The notes: generated by a model not told the origin, from the letters alone. A stretch of 32,000 bases of DNA from Opitutales bacterium (GCA_046881885.1 JBKSMP010000008.1:23623-55622), one strand, 5' to 3'. Positions 8,056 through 16,840 are shown, counted from the stretch's first letter. Made by a program: numbers and translations.

Positions 8056-9305
8056 AAAAACACGTTGTTTTAATTCAATTTTGCGAAGAAACTCCTGAAA
8101 ATGAAGAAAAAATACAACGGCGTACAGCTTTTTTAGGTTATTATCTTGCCCAAAATAATTGTCGTGTTACGTGGATAAAGAGTGGATTTAGTCACGATGC
8201 TAAACAAAATCTTTGGGGAAACTCTACAAAGCAGTTGAATGAAAATTTTGAAATCATTCATGTGTCTGGCCTAGGTTATAAACGTAATGTTTGTTTGAGG
8301 CGTTATCTTCATGATTGGATTTGTACAAAACAAACATTACAAGTATTAAAAAAAATAGGACCTATTGATGCAATTGTATCGTGTATACCAAGTGTGAGTG
8401 CTTCTTTTTTTGTAAGTCGGTTTGCTCAAAAACATAACATACCTTTCATTCTTGATTTACGTGATGCTTGGCCCGATGCATTTCCTTATGCGATTCAAAA
8501 CAAATTATTACGTTTTTTTATAAAGCTAGCTATTATTCCTGATTTGTTTTTATTAAAACAAGCTATTAAAAATTCTTCAGGTCTTGTGTCTATGTCTCGT
8601 GATATGCTTAATTGGGGATTAAGAAAGATGAACAATTATCGCAATCCAACACAAGTTTTTTATTTAAGTACAGTTAGAGACGTAAAATTGACAGAAGAGC
8701 AACAAAAACATTTTTCGGAAAAGTATGCCGATTTATTAGCTCGAAAGACCTTTAAAGTGTTTTACATTAGTCGTTGGGGGAGAGGATATCGTCCACAAAT
8801 TTTATTGGATATTGCAAAAGCAATGCCAAAAGATAATATAGATTTTGTTATTTGTGGAGATGGAGATTATGCTGAAACTATACGTGAAAATGCTAAAAAT
8901 TTAGAAAACGTATTTTTGCCAGGATTTTTATCTCATGAAGAAGCCTATTTTTTAGCTAAGCATTGTCAGTGTGGTATAACGTTTGTTACGGATGAAAGTC
9001 AGAAGCTCGACAAAAATGTTGTGGCCAGTTTCCCCAATAAATCTTTCTTTCAATTTATGTGTGGAATGCCTTTGATCAATGGTATGCGAGGAGAATTAGC
9101 AGATGTTGTAGAAAATAGACAATTGGGAGTGAATTTCTATAATAATAATCTTGCACAAATTAGAAATTGCATATTTAAATTAAAGGAAAATGATTCTTTG
9201 CGTTTAAGAATGGCAGAAAATTCTCGTAAGTTTTTTGAAGAATGTGGTAATCCGGAAGTTGTCTATCAAAAGTATGCAGAATTTGTGAAAGGTTTTTGTA
9301 AATGA
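8052..9305 (+). CDS. GT-B fold glycosyltransferase (GT4-like)
   Basis: 417 aa and soluble. The C-terminal half has FVICGDGDYAETIRENAKNLENVFLPGFLSHEEAYFLAKHC and FPNKSFFQFMCGMPLING, the G-x-G...NV-x-F-x-G...(E/N)-x7-(E/Q)...G-x-P pattern of GT1/GT4 retaining transferases. ATGA overlaps on both sides. Confidence 0.6.
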   Translation: MKKHVVLIQFCEETPENEEKIQRRTAFLGYYLAQNNCRVTWIKSGFSHDAKQNLWGNSTKQLNENFEIIHVSGLGYKRNVCLRRYLHDWICTKQTLQVLKKIGPIDAIVSCIPSVSASFFVSRFAQKHNIPFILDLRDAWPDAFPYAIQNKLLRFFIKLAIIPDLFLLKQAIKNSSGLVSMSRDMLNWGLRKMNNYRNPTQVFYLSTVRDVKLTEEQQKHFSEKYADLLARKTFKVFYISRWGRGYRPQILLDIAKAMPKDNIDFVICGDGDYAETIRENAKNLENVFLPGFLSHEEAYFLAKHCQCGITFVTDESQKLDKNVVASFPNKSFFQFMCGMPLINGMRGELADVVENRQLGVNFYNNNLAQIRNCIFKLKENDSLRLRMAENSRKFFEECGNPEVVYQKYAEFVKGFCK

Positions 9306-9937
9306 ATATATTAGTATTATGTCCACATTTGGATGATGAAATGGGGGTATTGCCTTTTGTTTTTTATTTAAAAAAACGTTATGCTATTAAAAAAATTTTT
9401 TTTGCTTATTTTTCCGATTGTAAGCGTTCCGCTTTAGACTTAGGATATGAGGCCGATATTTTAATAAAAGAAAACATTCAGGTTTTAAAAGAATTAGAAA
9501 TACCTCTTAATAATGTACGTTATTTCGATTTTGATGTTCGAAGTTTTGATGAAAAAAGGCAAGAAATTTTGGATAAAATGATTGAACTCAAAAAAAGTTT
9601 TTGTCCATCTATTGTTGTGTTGCCAAGCTCTAAAGATGTTCATCAAGATCATAGTTGTATTTTTAGGGAAGGTGTACGGTGTTTTAAGAATGAAGCCTCT
9701 TTGCTTGGCTTTTCGTACCTCTGGAATGAGTTAAATTCAAATAATAATGTATTTTTCGAAATAGATACGGAAATCTGTTCGCAAGTTGTATCAATTTTAA
9801 GTAAATATAAAAGTCAAAAAAATAGATTATACATGAAAGAAGATTTTATAAAAGCAAATTTTATTGCTACTGGAATCAAGATTGGGAAACCTATGGCTGT
9901 TGGTTATGAACTTATTAAAGGAAGGTTTGTTTTATGA
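9302..9937 (+). CDS. PIG-L/LmbE-family N-acetyl-sugar deacetylase
   Basis: 211 aa. N-terminal ILVLCPHLDDEMG ((P/A)H(P/L)DDE metal-binding motif) and downstream DVHQDHS (HxDH) are diagnostic of the PIG-L/LmbE fold. Confidence 0.7.
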   Translation: MNILVLCPHLDDEMGVLPFVFYLKKRYAIKKIFFAYFSDCKRSALDLGYEADILIKENIQVLKELEIPLNNVRYFDFDVRSFDEKRQEILDKMIELKKSFCPSIVVLPSSKDVHQDHSCIFREGVRCFKNEASLLGFSYLWNELNSNNNVFFEIDTEICSQVVSILSKYKSQKNRLYMKEDFIKANFIATGIKIGKPMAVGYELIKGRFVL

Positions 9938-10347
9938 AGTATTTAATACAGCAAAAAGCTTTAACGCCTGATCAAGAAAAACTTATTAATGATGGATTTG
10001 AAGATTTTGATCAAAAAACTTTTTCAGCTAAAAATGAGATAAAATCTTATACTTTTGTTATCGATTCGCCAGAATATGTTGGAAGTTTAAAAGCAAGATT
10101 ATCTTGGGGGAATTTTCATATTGTAGAGGTTTTTGTTGTAGAAAAAATGAGAGGGCATGGAGTAGGATCAGCATTAATTAAGCATGCATTAGAAATAGCA
10201 AAAAAAGACAATGCTCGTTTTGTTAGCATAAAAACTAGTAATCCAAAAGCCAAAAATTTATATGAAAAATTAGGTTTTAAGGTTCATAATACTTTAGAAG
10301 GGTACAGTTTTGATTTAAAATTTTATACACTTGTTTATCCATTATGA
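9934..10347 (+). CDS. GNAT-family N-acetyltransferase
   Basis: 137 aa. VVEKMRGHGVGSALIKHALEIAKK (the R/Q-x-x-G-x-G/A acetyl-CoA pyrophosphate loop) followed by NPKAKNLYEKLGFKV (the GNAT motif B ending YxKxGF). Confidence 0.7.
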   Translation: MKYLIQQKALTPDQEKLINDGFEDFDQKTFSAKNEIKSYTFVIDSPEYVGSLKARLSWGNFHIVEVFVVEKMRGHGVGSALIKHALEIAKKDNARFVSIKTSNPKAKNLYEKLGFKVHNTLEGYSFDLKFYTLVYPL

Positions 10348-11030
10348 AAAAAGTTGCTATACATCAACCTAACTTTATTCCTTGGTTGGGATATTTTTAT
10401 AAAATGCATCAATGTGATACTTTTATTATATTGGATGATGTACAAGAATCTAATTCGCATTCGTATTTTTATCAAGCTTTTATAAAAAACACAACAGGTA
10501 GTTCGTTAACAATTTCTATACCAAGAAAATCTCATTCGCAAAACACCTGCATTAAAGATGTACAATTTGCGGACAATTATAAAGCATGGTTAAAAAAATT
10601 TTCCAAAACTCTTCAGTTTTTATATAAAAAAGCTCCTTTTTTTGAAAATCATTATGAAAACATTCTTAAAGTAATGCAAAAAGATTATAGTCTTGTTTAC
10701 GAAATGAATGTCGAATTAATAAAATATTGTGCTAAATGTTTAAATATTAATTGTGAGATTATATTAGCTTCTACCTTGCATAGTGAAGAGCAAAAAGAAG
10801 GGCGTATTTTAGATCTTGTAAAAAAAGTTAATGGTGATTGCTATATTTCAGGAAAAGGAGCCAAAAACTATCAAACGGAGGAAAATTTTTCAAAAAACAA
10901 TATACAATTAAAATATAGTGATTTTTCAATAAAATCTTATCCTCAAGTACATGGTAATTTTGTAGGTGGGTTATCGGTTATTGATTTTTTGTTTAATACA
11001 AATGCAGAAAGCGAAAATGAAATTTGGTAA
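10344..11030 (+). CDS. WbqC-like family protein (polysaccharide-locus protein of unknown biochemical function)
   Basis: 228 aa. N-terminal KKVAIHQPNFIPWLGYFYKMHQCDTFIILDDVQ matches the characteristic WbqC-family opening (xIxQPxFxPxxGYFxxI...DxFVxxDDVQ) as I recall it. Confidence 0.6.
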   Translation: MKKVAIHQPNFIPWLGYFYKMHQCDTFIILDDVQESNSHSYFYQAFIKNTTGSSLTISIPRKSHSQNTCIKDVQFADNYKAWLKKFSKTLQFLYKKAPFFENHYENILKVMQKDYSLVYEMNVELIKYCAKCLNINCEIILASTLHSEEQKEGRILDLVKKVNGDCYISGKGAKNYQTEENFSKNNIQLKYSDFSIKSYPQVHGNFVGGLSVIDFLFNTNAESENEIW

Positions 11031-12156
11031 AATTTGTAATTTGACTTCTGTGCATCCTAGATATGATACGCGCATTTTTCGAAAGCAGTGTTTTGCTCAG
11101 AAAATGCATTACGAAACACATTTAATTGTTGCAGATAGTCAAAAAAGTGAATGTAAAGATGATATATATATTCACGGTGTTAAAGGTTATAAAAACCGTT
11201 TTTTGCGCATGACATTAGCTATATGGAATGTGTATCAAAAAGCTAAAAAAGTGGATGCTGATATCTATATTTTTCATGATCCGGAATTATTATTTGTAGG
11301 TTTGTTGTTAAAAACAAAGGGGAAGAAAGTATATTTTGATGCGCATGAGTGTTATGAGGAAGCTTTATTGGATTCCCATTGGATTCCTTGTTTTTTTAGA
11401 CGGTTTGTTGTATGCGTATATAATTGTATTCAACGTTATGTTTTGCCATGCTTAGATGGTTGTTTGGCTGCTACGAAATATATAGAAAAAGCATTGAAAA
11501 AGTATTGTAATAACACTTTTTTATTGCCTAATTATGCGTTATTAAGAGAGTTTAAAGCTATAAAACAGCCTAGTATTGATGTGGCACATTCTGTATTGCT
11601 TATTGGTGGTATAACAAGAAGTCATGGAATTATAAAGCTTATTAAAGCTTTAGAGTTATGTGATAATGATGTTCGATTAATTTTATGTGGTAGTTTTGTA
11701 GATAAAGCTTTAAAAAAACAATGTATTGCTATGGACGGATGGAATAAGGTTGATTATAAGAAAAATGTAAGTCGTGATCAAATAAGAAAGTTAGCAAAAA
11801 AATGTTTTTGTGGAATAATGATATCTCAATCTAGCGTTTTAGGTCTCCAAACAAGTTGTCCCAATAAAATGTTTGAATACATAAGTATGTTTTTACCTAT
11901 AGTTGTTTCAAATTTCAAAGATTGGGAACAAATTGTAAATAATGATGGGAATCCGTTTGGACTGTTGGTAGATTTTGCTTTAAATCCTCAAGAAATTGCA
12001 AAAGCTATTGATAAGTTGTTTAATGATAAAAACTTAGCAAAACAATTAGGTGAAAATGGTCGAAAGGCTTTTGAGGGAAAATATAATTTTGAAGCGTATA
12101 TTGATAATTATTTAAAATTTTTAAACAGTGTAAATATCATTAATAAGGAAGGATAA
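11017..12156 (+). CDS. GT-B fold glycosyltransferase (GT4-like, 'TSVH-x3-D-x-RI' N-terminal type)
   Basis: The track ORF starts at GTG 10966, inside the WbqC gene. ATG 11017 gives MKFGKICNLTSVHPRYDTRIFRKQC, the usual N-terminus of this transferase family. The C-terminal half has LLIGGI...RLILCG and CPNKMFEYISMFLPIVVSN (a degenerate EX7E region). The start could also be ATG 11002. Confidence 0.6.
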   Translation: MKFGKICNLTSVHPRYDTRIFRKQCFAQKMHYETHLIVADSQKSECKDDIYIHGVKGYKNRFLRMTLAIWNVYQKAKKVDADIYIFHDPELLFVGLLLKTKGKKVYFDAHECYEEALLDSHWIPCFFRRFVVCVYNCIQRYVLPCLDGCLAATKYIEKALKKYCNNTFLLPNYALLREFKAIKQPSIDVAHSVLLIGGITRSHGIIKLIKALELCDNDVRLILCGSFVDKALKKQCIAMDGWNKVDYKKNVSRDQIRKLAKKCFCGIMISQSSVLGLQTSCPNKMFEYISMFLPIVVSNFKDWEQIVNNDGNPFGLLVDFALNPQEIAKAIDKLFNDKNLAKQLGENGRKAFEGKYNFEAYIDNYLKFLNSVNIINKEG

Positions 12157-12160
12157 AATT

Positions 12161-12424
12161 ATGTATATAGCGTTATATTTATTATCATTTTATTTAGTGT
12201 TTAGATCTTTAATAAAAACTAAGACTTATCTGACTTGTTGTAGTTTAGTTTTAGTATATTATACGTGCATTTATGCGTTTAATCCATCTGAGGTTTCGTG
12301 GAATAACGATTATTTAGCCAGCTTTATAGTTTGTTTTGCCTTAGGAACTTTATTTTATCCTTTAGGTAATTTTTTATCAAAACCCATAAATTTAAGCAAG
12401 AATCAAAAGCAGGTGTTAGTATGA
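12161..12424 (+). CDS. Small hydrophobic protein (87 aa, 2-3 predicted TM segments), ATGA-coupled to the Wzy_C-family gene
   Basis: ATG preceded by AAGGAAGGA, the best SD in the locus. The sequence MYIALYLLSFYLVFRSL...SFIVCFALGTLFYPLG is membrane-like. Its stop overlaps the start of the next gene (GTATGA). Confidence 0.4.
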   Translation: MYIALYLLSFYLVFRSLIKTKTYLTCCSLVLVYYTCIYAFNPSEVSWNNDYLASFIVCFALGTLFYPLGNFLSKPINLSKNQKQVLV

Positions 12425-13695
12425 ATTTAAAAATTAAAAATTTTTATCTCTGGGATTTTTTTAAGACCTATAGCATAGCAATGCTTTATGTAATATACTT
12501 TTTTCCATCTTCTTTTATTTTTTCCAATACAAAAAGTGCGATAAACAATCTTTTAAAAGGTGAAGGTATAGTGGTAAATTTTCATTTTAAATTTATTTTT
12601 CATTTTATTTTACTTTGTTATGTTGGTTTTAGAATTTTTAAAGCAGAAACCTATCAAAAAAGAATTTTTTTTAAAACATTTACTTTATATATAGGTATAT
12701 TAACTTTCCTTTTTATCAATACTTGGATTTTTCAAGGATCAATACAGTGGCAATCTGAAGAATATGCATTTTTTTTGTATTTTTTACCAAGCGTATTTTT
12801 AGCTTTGGGTATAGAGGAAAAAATTTTTTTAAGATGTTTGCAAATATTATGTTGTGTATTAGGGATATTTTTTATTAAGTGGTTTTTTTATGGTAAGTTT
12901 TTTGAAAAAGATTATTTAGGTTTTTATACTTGCATTTCATTATGTGGAATGTATTTTGCTACATGTAATTTAACTTCATTTTGTTTTTATTTTGCTTTAT
13001 TTTCGTATTACTTATTCACTGTTTGGTATTTAGGTTTTTTTGGTTCCGGTATTGGACAAATATTTGCTTTTTTGTTTTGTATTTTTACTTTTTTATTTTT
13101 AAAAAAACATATAAAATCATTACTTTGGTGTACGATTTGTTTAAGCGCTTTATGTTTTTTTACCCCTAATAGTATTTTGCACTTAAAAAGTTCTATTTTA
13201 TATAAAATAGATGTTCGAAAAAAATTGATTCAAGCAAAAGAAGTTCAAGCAAAAGAAGTTCAAGCAAAAGAAGTTCAAGCAAAAGAAGTTCAAGCAAAAG
13301 AAGTTCAAGCAAAAGAAGTTCAAGCAAAAGAAGTTCAAGCAAAAGGAGTTCAAAAATTATTTATTATTAATAGATATCGTTTAAAGAGTAGTATGTTAAC
13401 CGAAGAGTGTTTTTTTGTTTATCCACATAATTTATTTGTAGAAAGTTATATCGTTTATGGCATTTTAGGTTTATTATGGTACTGTTTAGTAAATATTTTT
13501 GCTTTTATCGGCTTAATGAACACAAAACGTAAATCTTTATTTGTTTTAGTTTTTATCTTTCTTAGTTTAATATCTTTAAAGCAGGGAAGTATTTTGACTC
13601 AAAAACTATTAATTTTATTTCATGTTTTTGGACTTAAGATGTTTTTTCAATATAAATATTTGAAAACTAAGGAATATGAAATTAAAAAATTTTAA
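12421..13695 (+). CDS. O-antigen polymerase/ligase-family polytopic membrane protein (Wzy_C-like) with internal pentapeptide repeat
   Basis: 424 aa with about 10 hydrophobic segments. YPHNLFVESYIVYGILGLLWY (His336-Asn337) matches the (a/p)HN-x-(F/Y)L-x3-x-E/x-x-G-I-x-G signature that follows the large external loop in WaaL/Wzy/PglL (Wzy_C) proteins. Whether it is a polymerase or a ligase cannot be decided from sequence. Confidence 0.6.
   Translation: MNLKIKNFYLWDFFKTYSIAMLYVIYFFPSSFIFSNTKSAINNLLKGEGIVVNFHFKFIFHFILLCYVGFRIFKAETYQKRIFFKTFTLYIGILTFLFINTWIFQGSIQWQSEEYAFFLYFLPSVFLALGIEEKIFLRCLQILCCVLGIFFIKWFFYGKFFEKDYLGFYTCISLCGMYFATCNLTSFCFYFALFSYYLFTVWYLGFFGSGIGQIFAFLFCIFTFLFLKKHIKSLLWCTICLSALCFFTPNSILHLKSSILYKIDVRKKLIQAKEVQAKEVQAKEVQAKEVQAKEVQAKEVQAKEVQAKGVQKLFIINRYRLKSSMLTEECFFVYPHNLFVESYIVYGILGLLWYCLVNIFAFIGLMNTKRKSLFVLVFIFLSLISLKQGSILTQKLLILFHVFGLKMFFQYKYLKTKEYEIKKF
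13231..13350 (+). repeat. Tandem 15-bp repeat, 7 perfect copies of CAAGCAAAAGAAGTT plus 1 variant (CAAGCAAAAGGAGTT), in frame = (QAKEV)7-QAKGV
   Basis: Read directly from lines 13201-13380. Units start at 13231, 13246, 13261, 13276, 13291, 13306, 13321 and 13336. They are codon-aligned with the 12421 frame (residues 271-310), 26 residues upstream of the His-Asn motif. Confidence 0.97.
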
Positions 13696-13700
13696 TTAGA

Positions 13701-14933
13701 ATGTTCAGTGTTTTTAAATTATTTTCCTTAAATGGCTTAGGGCAAGTTTTTTATGCTTTAAGTAGTTTGTTCATTGTTCGCTATCTTCCGCTTGAGGAAT
13801 ATGGTATTGCTGCTTGTATTTTAACGTTTACAAATTTTTGTGCTTCCATTGCAACAGGGAGGTATGATATTGCGATTTTGTATGAAAAAAACGAAGAAAA
13901 ATGGAAAGCATGTATTGTTGTAAGTTTTATAGTTGTATGCTTATTATCTTCAATTTTTGCGTGTTTAGGATTTTTGTTGCAAAAAATACTGTTTAAGGGG
14001 GTCGTTTTTTATAAAAATTTTATTGTTTTAGTGTTTTTTTTAATATTAGGTGGTTCTTCATTTGATCTAATTATAAGAAAAATTTATATCTATAAGGGAC
14101 AATTCAATGCTTTAAGTTATGTATTATTTGTTAATTATTTATTGCGGTCACTTTTGCCATTTTTGCTATTGTTTTTATGGCAGGATTGGAAAGTGTGTGT
14201 TGTCGGAGAAATGCTAGGTGTTAATATTTCATGTGCGTTCTTTTGGGTAAGGCAACATAATAATATAGCGAAAAAATTATCTTTGAAAAATTGTTTTGAA
14301 GTTTTAAAGGCTTATAAACATTATCCTAAATACCAACTACCATCCACAATAATAGATAATGTAGCTTTTGCTTCTATTGTACCTAATCTTAATTTTTTAT
14401 TCGGAAGCGACATTGCAGGACAATTTGCGCTTGTGTATCGAATATTGCTTATGCCTCTGTCTTTTTTTGGGCGAATTATGAGTGATATTTATCAACATGC
14501 TTTAAGGATTTCTGTGCAATATAAACAGTTAGTAAAAGTTTTTTATAAATACACGATTGTTTTGTTATTGATAGCGTTAGGCATTTATATCCCAAGTGGA
14601 ATAGTGTTATTTATTTTTTATAAAATAAACTTTTTTAAATCTATATGTGATTGTTTTTATCTTTGGCCTATTATATTTTTAGCATTTTTTCAATTTATTA
14701 TTAGTCCATTATCTGTAGCTTTGTTGATAAACAAAATTGGAGTTTTCTATAAATTTAGCTATGACATTATTAAATTGGTTTGTATAGCTACATGTTTTTT
14801 CTTTACTTACATATATAGATTTGATCATATTTGCTGCGTTAAAATATTGTCTTTTACTTTAATAACGACATATACTTTTTATTATTTTTTAGTTTATCAT
14901 TATGTGCGGCATTTTCGGTATACAGAGTCTTAG
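13701..14933 (+). CDS. wzx: Wzx-type oligosaccharide flippase (MOP/polysaccharide biosynthesis protein family)
   Basis: 410 aa with about 12 hydrophobic segments. The N-terminus LNGLGQVFYALSSLFIVRYLPLEEYGIAACILTFTNFCASIATGRYDIAIL follows the usual Wzx pattern (..l....i..ar.L.p.eyG......s......i...G...a..). It is adjacent to the Wzy_C gene. Confidence 0.65.
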   Translation: MFSVFKLFSLNGLGQVFYALSSLFIVRYLPLEEYGIAACILTFTNFCASIATGRYDIAILYEKNEEKWKACIVVSFIVVCLLSSIFACLGFLLQKILFKGVVFYKNFIVLVFFLILGGSSFDLIIRKIYIYKGQFNALSYVLFVNYLLRSLLPFLLLFLWQDWKVCVVGEMLGVNISCAFFWVRQHNNIAKKLSLKNCFEVLKAYKHYPKYQLPSTIIDNVAFASIVPNLNFLFGSDIAGQFALVYRILLMPLSFFGRIMSDIYQHALRISVQYKQLVKVFYKYTIVLLLIALGIYIPSGIVLFIFYKINFFKSICDCFYLWPIIFLAFFQFIISPLSVALLINKIGVFYKFSYDIIKLVCIATCFFFTYIYRFDHICCVKILSFTLITTYTFYYFLVYHYVRHFRYTES

Positions 14934-16839
14934 TCCTAAAAATAGAGATGTTAAATTTGTAAATAAGATTTCTTCTTTAATGCATCGTCGTGGACCTGAT
15001 GCAACAGGTTTTTATAATTACAACCAGCAGAACAAAGAATCTTTTTTACAAAAGTTTATAGACAAAGATTTTGTAAGTAGTGTCTTTTTGATGCATAAGC
15101 GCTTGTCTATTTTAGATCTCTCTGAAGCAGGTAATCAACCAATGCAATCTGCAGATGGTCGTTTTACGCTTGTTTATAATGGAGAGATTTATAACTACAA
15201 AGAGATAAGACAAGAACTTGAACAAAAGGGAGTTCAATTTTATACACATTGTGATACGGAAGTTTTATTGCAATATTTAATTTATGATGGTTTTAATAAT
15301 TTGCAGGCTTTGGAAGGAATGTTCGCTTTTGCATTTTTTGATAGACTAGAAAATAAGCTATTTCTTGCACGAGATCCTTTTGGTATAAAACCATTATATT
15401 TCTTTAATACCCCTGACTTATTTGCTTTTTCCTCGCAGATAAATTGTTTGCTGGAACTTCCAGAATTTGGAAGCCGAAGATTAAATCTAGACAAATATTT
15501 ACCTTTTTTAAGATTTGGTACGAGCGATTGTGACGAAAAGACGCTCATTCAAAACATTTATCGATTAGAGCCAGGGCATTGTATTGTTACACAAACTAAG
15601 GAGGATAAACTTCATGCTGAAATTTATTCATACTTTAAGTGGAAATCGGAGCAAGTTTTAGAGCCTAAAAATTTTGAAGATGAGGTCAAAGATTTAAGAC
15701 AAAAGCTAGAACTAAGTGTTCAAAAACATCTTATAAGTGATGTTCCTGTATGTTTTAATTTATCAGGAGGTGTTGATTCTTCTGCTTTGGTAGCAATTGC
15801 TTCTAGATTACATAATAATATAACGGCTTTTACTTATGCTGCTGACGATAAAAATTTAGATGAATCACATCATGCAGAATGCGTTGCAAATCATTGTCGT
15901 ATAAAGCTTGTAAAAGTAAAAATCAATCCGGATGATTTTGCAGAAGATTTAGATGATATTATTTTAGCTCAAGGTGAGCCTTATGCTGGTAGTAGTATCT
16001 ATGCACAACGGAAATTATATGAAGCTCAGGCTAAGGAAGGCTTTAAAGTTTGTATTGATGGGCAAGGAGGTGATGAATTATTTGCAGGCTATTTAAATTA
16101 TTATGCTTATAATATGGCAGATGCTTGGAAATGTAAACAATTTAAGAGGCTGTTTAGTGTTTTATGTGGAGCTGATTTGTGGATAAATGCTATTAAAAAG
16201 CTAGGTTGCATTTCTTATATTTTTGATAATTTTTTACGAAAATTTCCGACGTTTCAAAGAGGTTTTAAAAAATTAATAGGTTGTGATTTATGTCCTTTTT
16301 ATGTAGATAAAAATTTTTATGAAACCTATTTTTCAACTTTAACTCAATACCAATATCATTCATTACGTGAAGCATTAGATGATTCTTTGCAAAAAACGAG
16401 TATTCCAACGCTTGTGCGTTATGCAGATAGAAATGCAATGAGTTTTTCAATTGAAAATAGAGTTCCTTTTTTGTGTGATTCAATTGCTCAATTTGCTCAT
16501 ATGTTACCCAATGAATATCTTATATCAGATAAGGGGTTGCAAAAGTATATTTTACGCGAAGCTGTTAAAGATATTTTACCAGACAATATTGTTTATAGAA
16601 AAGATAAGATGGGCTTTCCTCCAACAGAAAGCTTATGGTTGTTGCATAACAAGAATTTAATAACAAAACTATTTAATAGCAGCGTTTTAGATGAATTACC
16701 TGGTGTTAATGCGGAAAAAATGAGAAATTACTGGTCTGATATTGTTGATAAAAATCAATTAAAGGGATGGCGTACCGATATCGTATGGAGAATTATTAAT
16801 ATGATTCGTTGGATTGAATTAAATCAAATAGAGCTTTAA
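14902..16839 (+). CDS. Asparagine synthase (glutamine-hydrolysing)-family amidotransferase, WbpS/WbtH-like
   Basis: 645 aa. MCGIFGI (N-terminal nucleophile Cys2 of class-II glutamine amidotransferases), HRGPDA, LVYNGEIYNY, and the PP-loop NLSGGVDSSALVAIA of the synthetase domain. It overlaps wzx by 32 nt. Confidence 0.85.
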   Translation: MCGIFGIQSLSPKNRDVKFVNKISSLMHRRGPDATGFYNYNQQNKESFLQKFIDKDFVSSVFLMHKRLSILDLSEAGNQPMQSADGRFTLVYNGEIYNYKEIRQELEQKGVQFYTHCDTEVLLQYLIYDGFNNLQALEGMFAFAFFDRLENKLFLARDPFGIKPLYFFNTPDLFAFSSQINCLLELPEFGSRRLNLDKYLPFLRFGTSDCDEKTLIQNIYRLEPGHCIVTQTKEDKLHAEIYSYFKWKSEQVLEPKNFEDEVKDLRQKLELSVQKHLISDVPVCFNLSGGVDSSALVAIASRLHNNITAFTYAADDKNLDESHHAECVANHCRIKLVKVKINPDDFAEDLDDIILAQGEPYAGSSIYAQRKLYEAQAKEGFKVCIDGQGGDELFAGYLNYYAYNMADAWKCKQFKRLFSVLCGADLWINAIKKLGCISYIFDNFLRKFPTFQRGFKKLIGCDLCPFYVDKNFYETYFSTLTQYQYHSLREALDDSLQKTSIPTLVRYADRNAMSFSIENRVPFLCDSIAQFAHMLPNEYLISDKGLQKYILREAVKDILPDNIVYRKDKMGFPPTESLWLLHNKNLITKLFNSSVLDELPGVNAEKMRNYWSDIVDKNQLKGWRTDIVWRIINMIRWIELNQIEL

Positions 16840-16840
16840 A

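Noticed and set aside
10966-11016. GTG 10966 start for the second glycosyltransferase
   Set aside because: It would create a 65-nt overlap with the WbqC gene. ATG 11017 yields the family-typical N-terminus (MKFGKICNLTSVH...).
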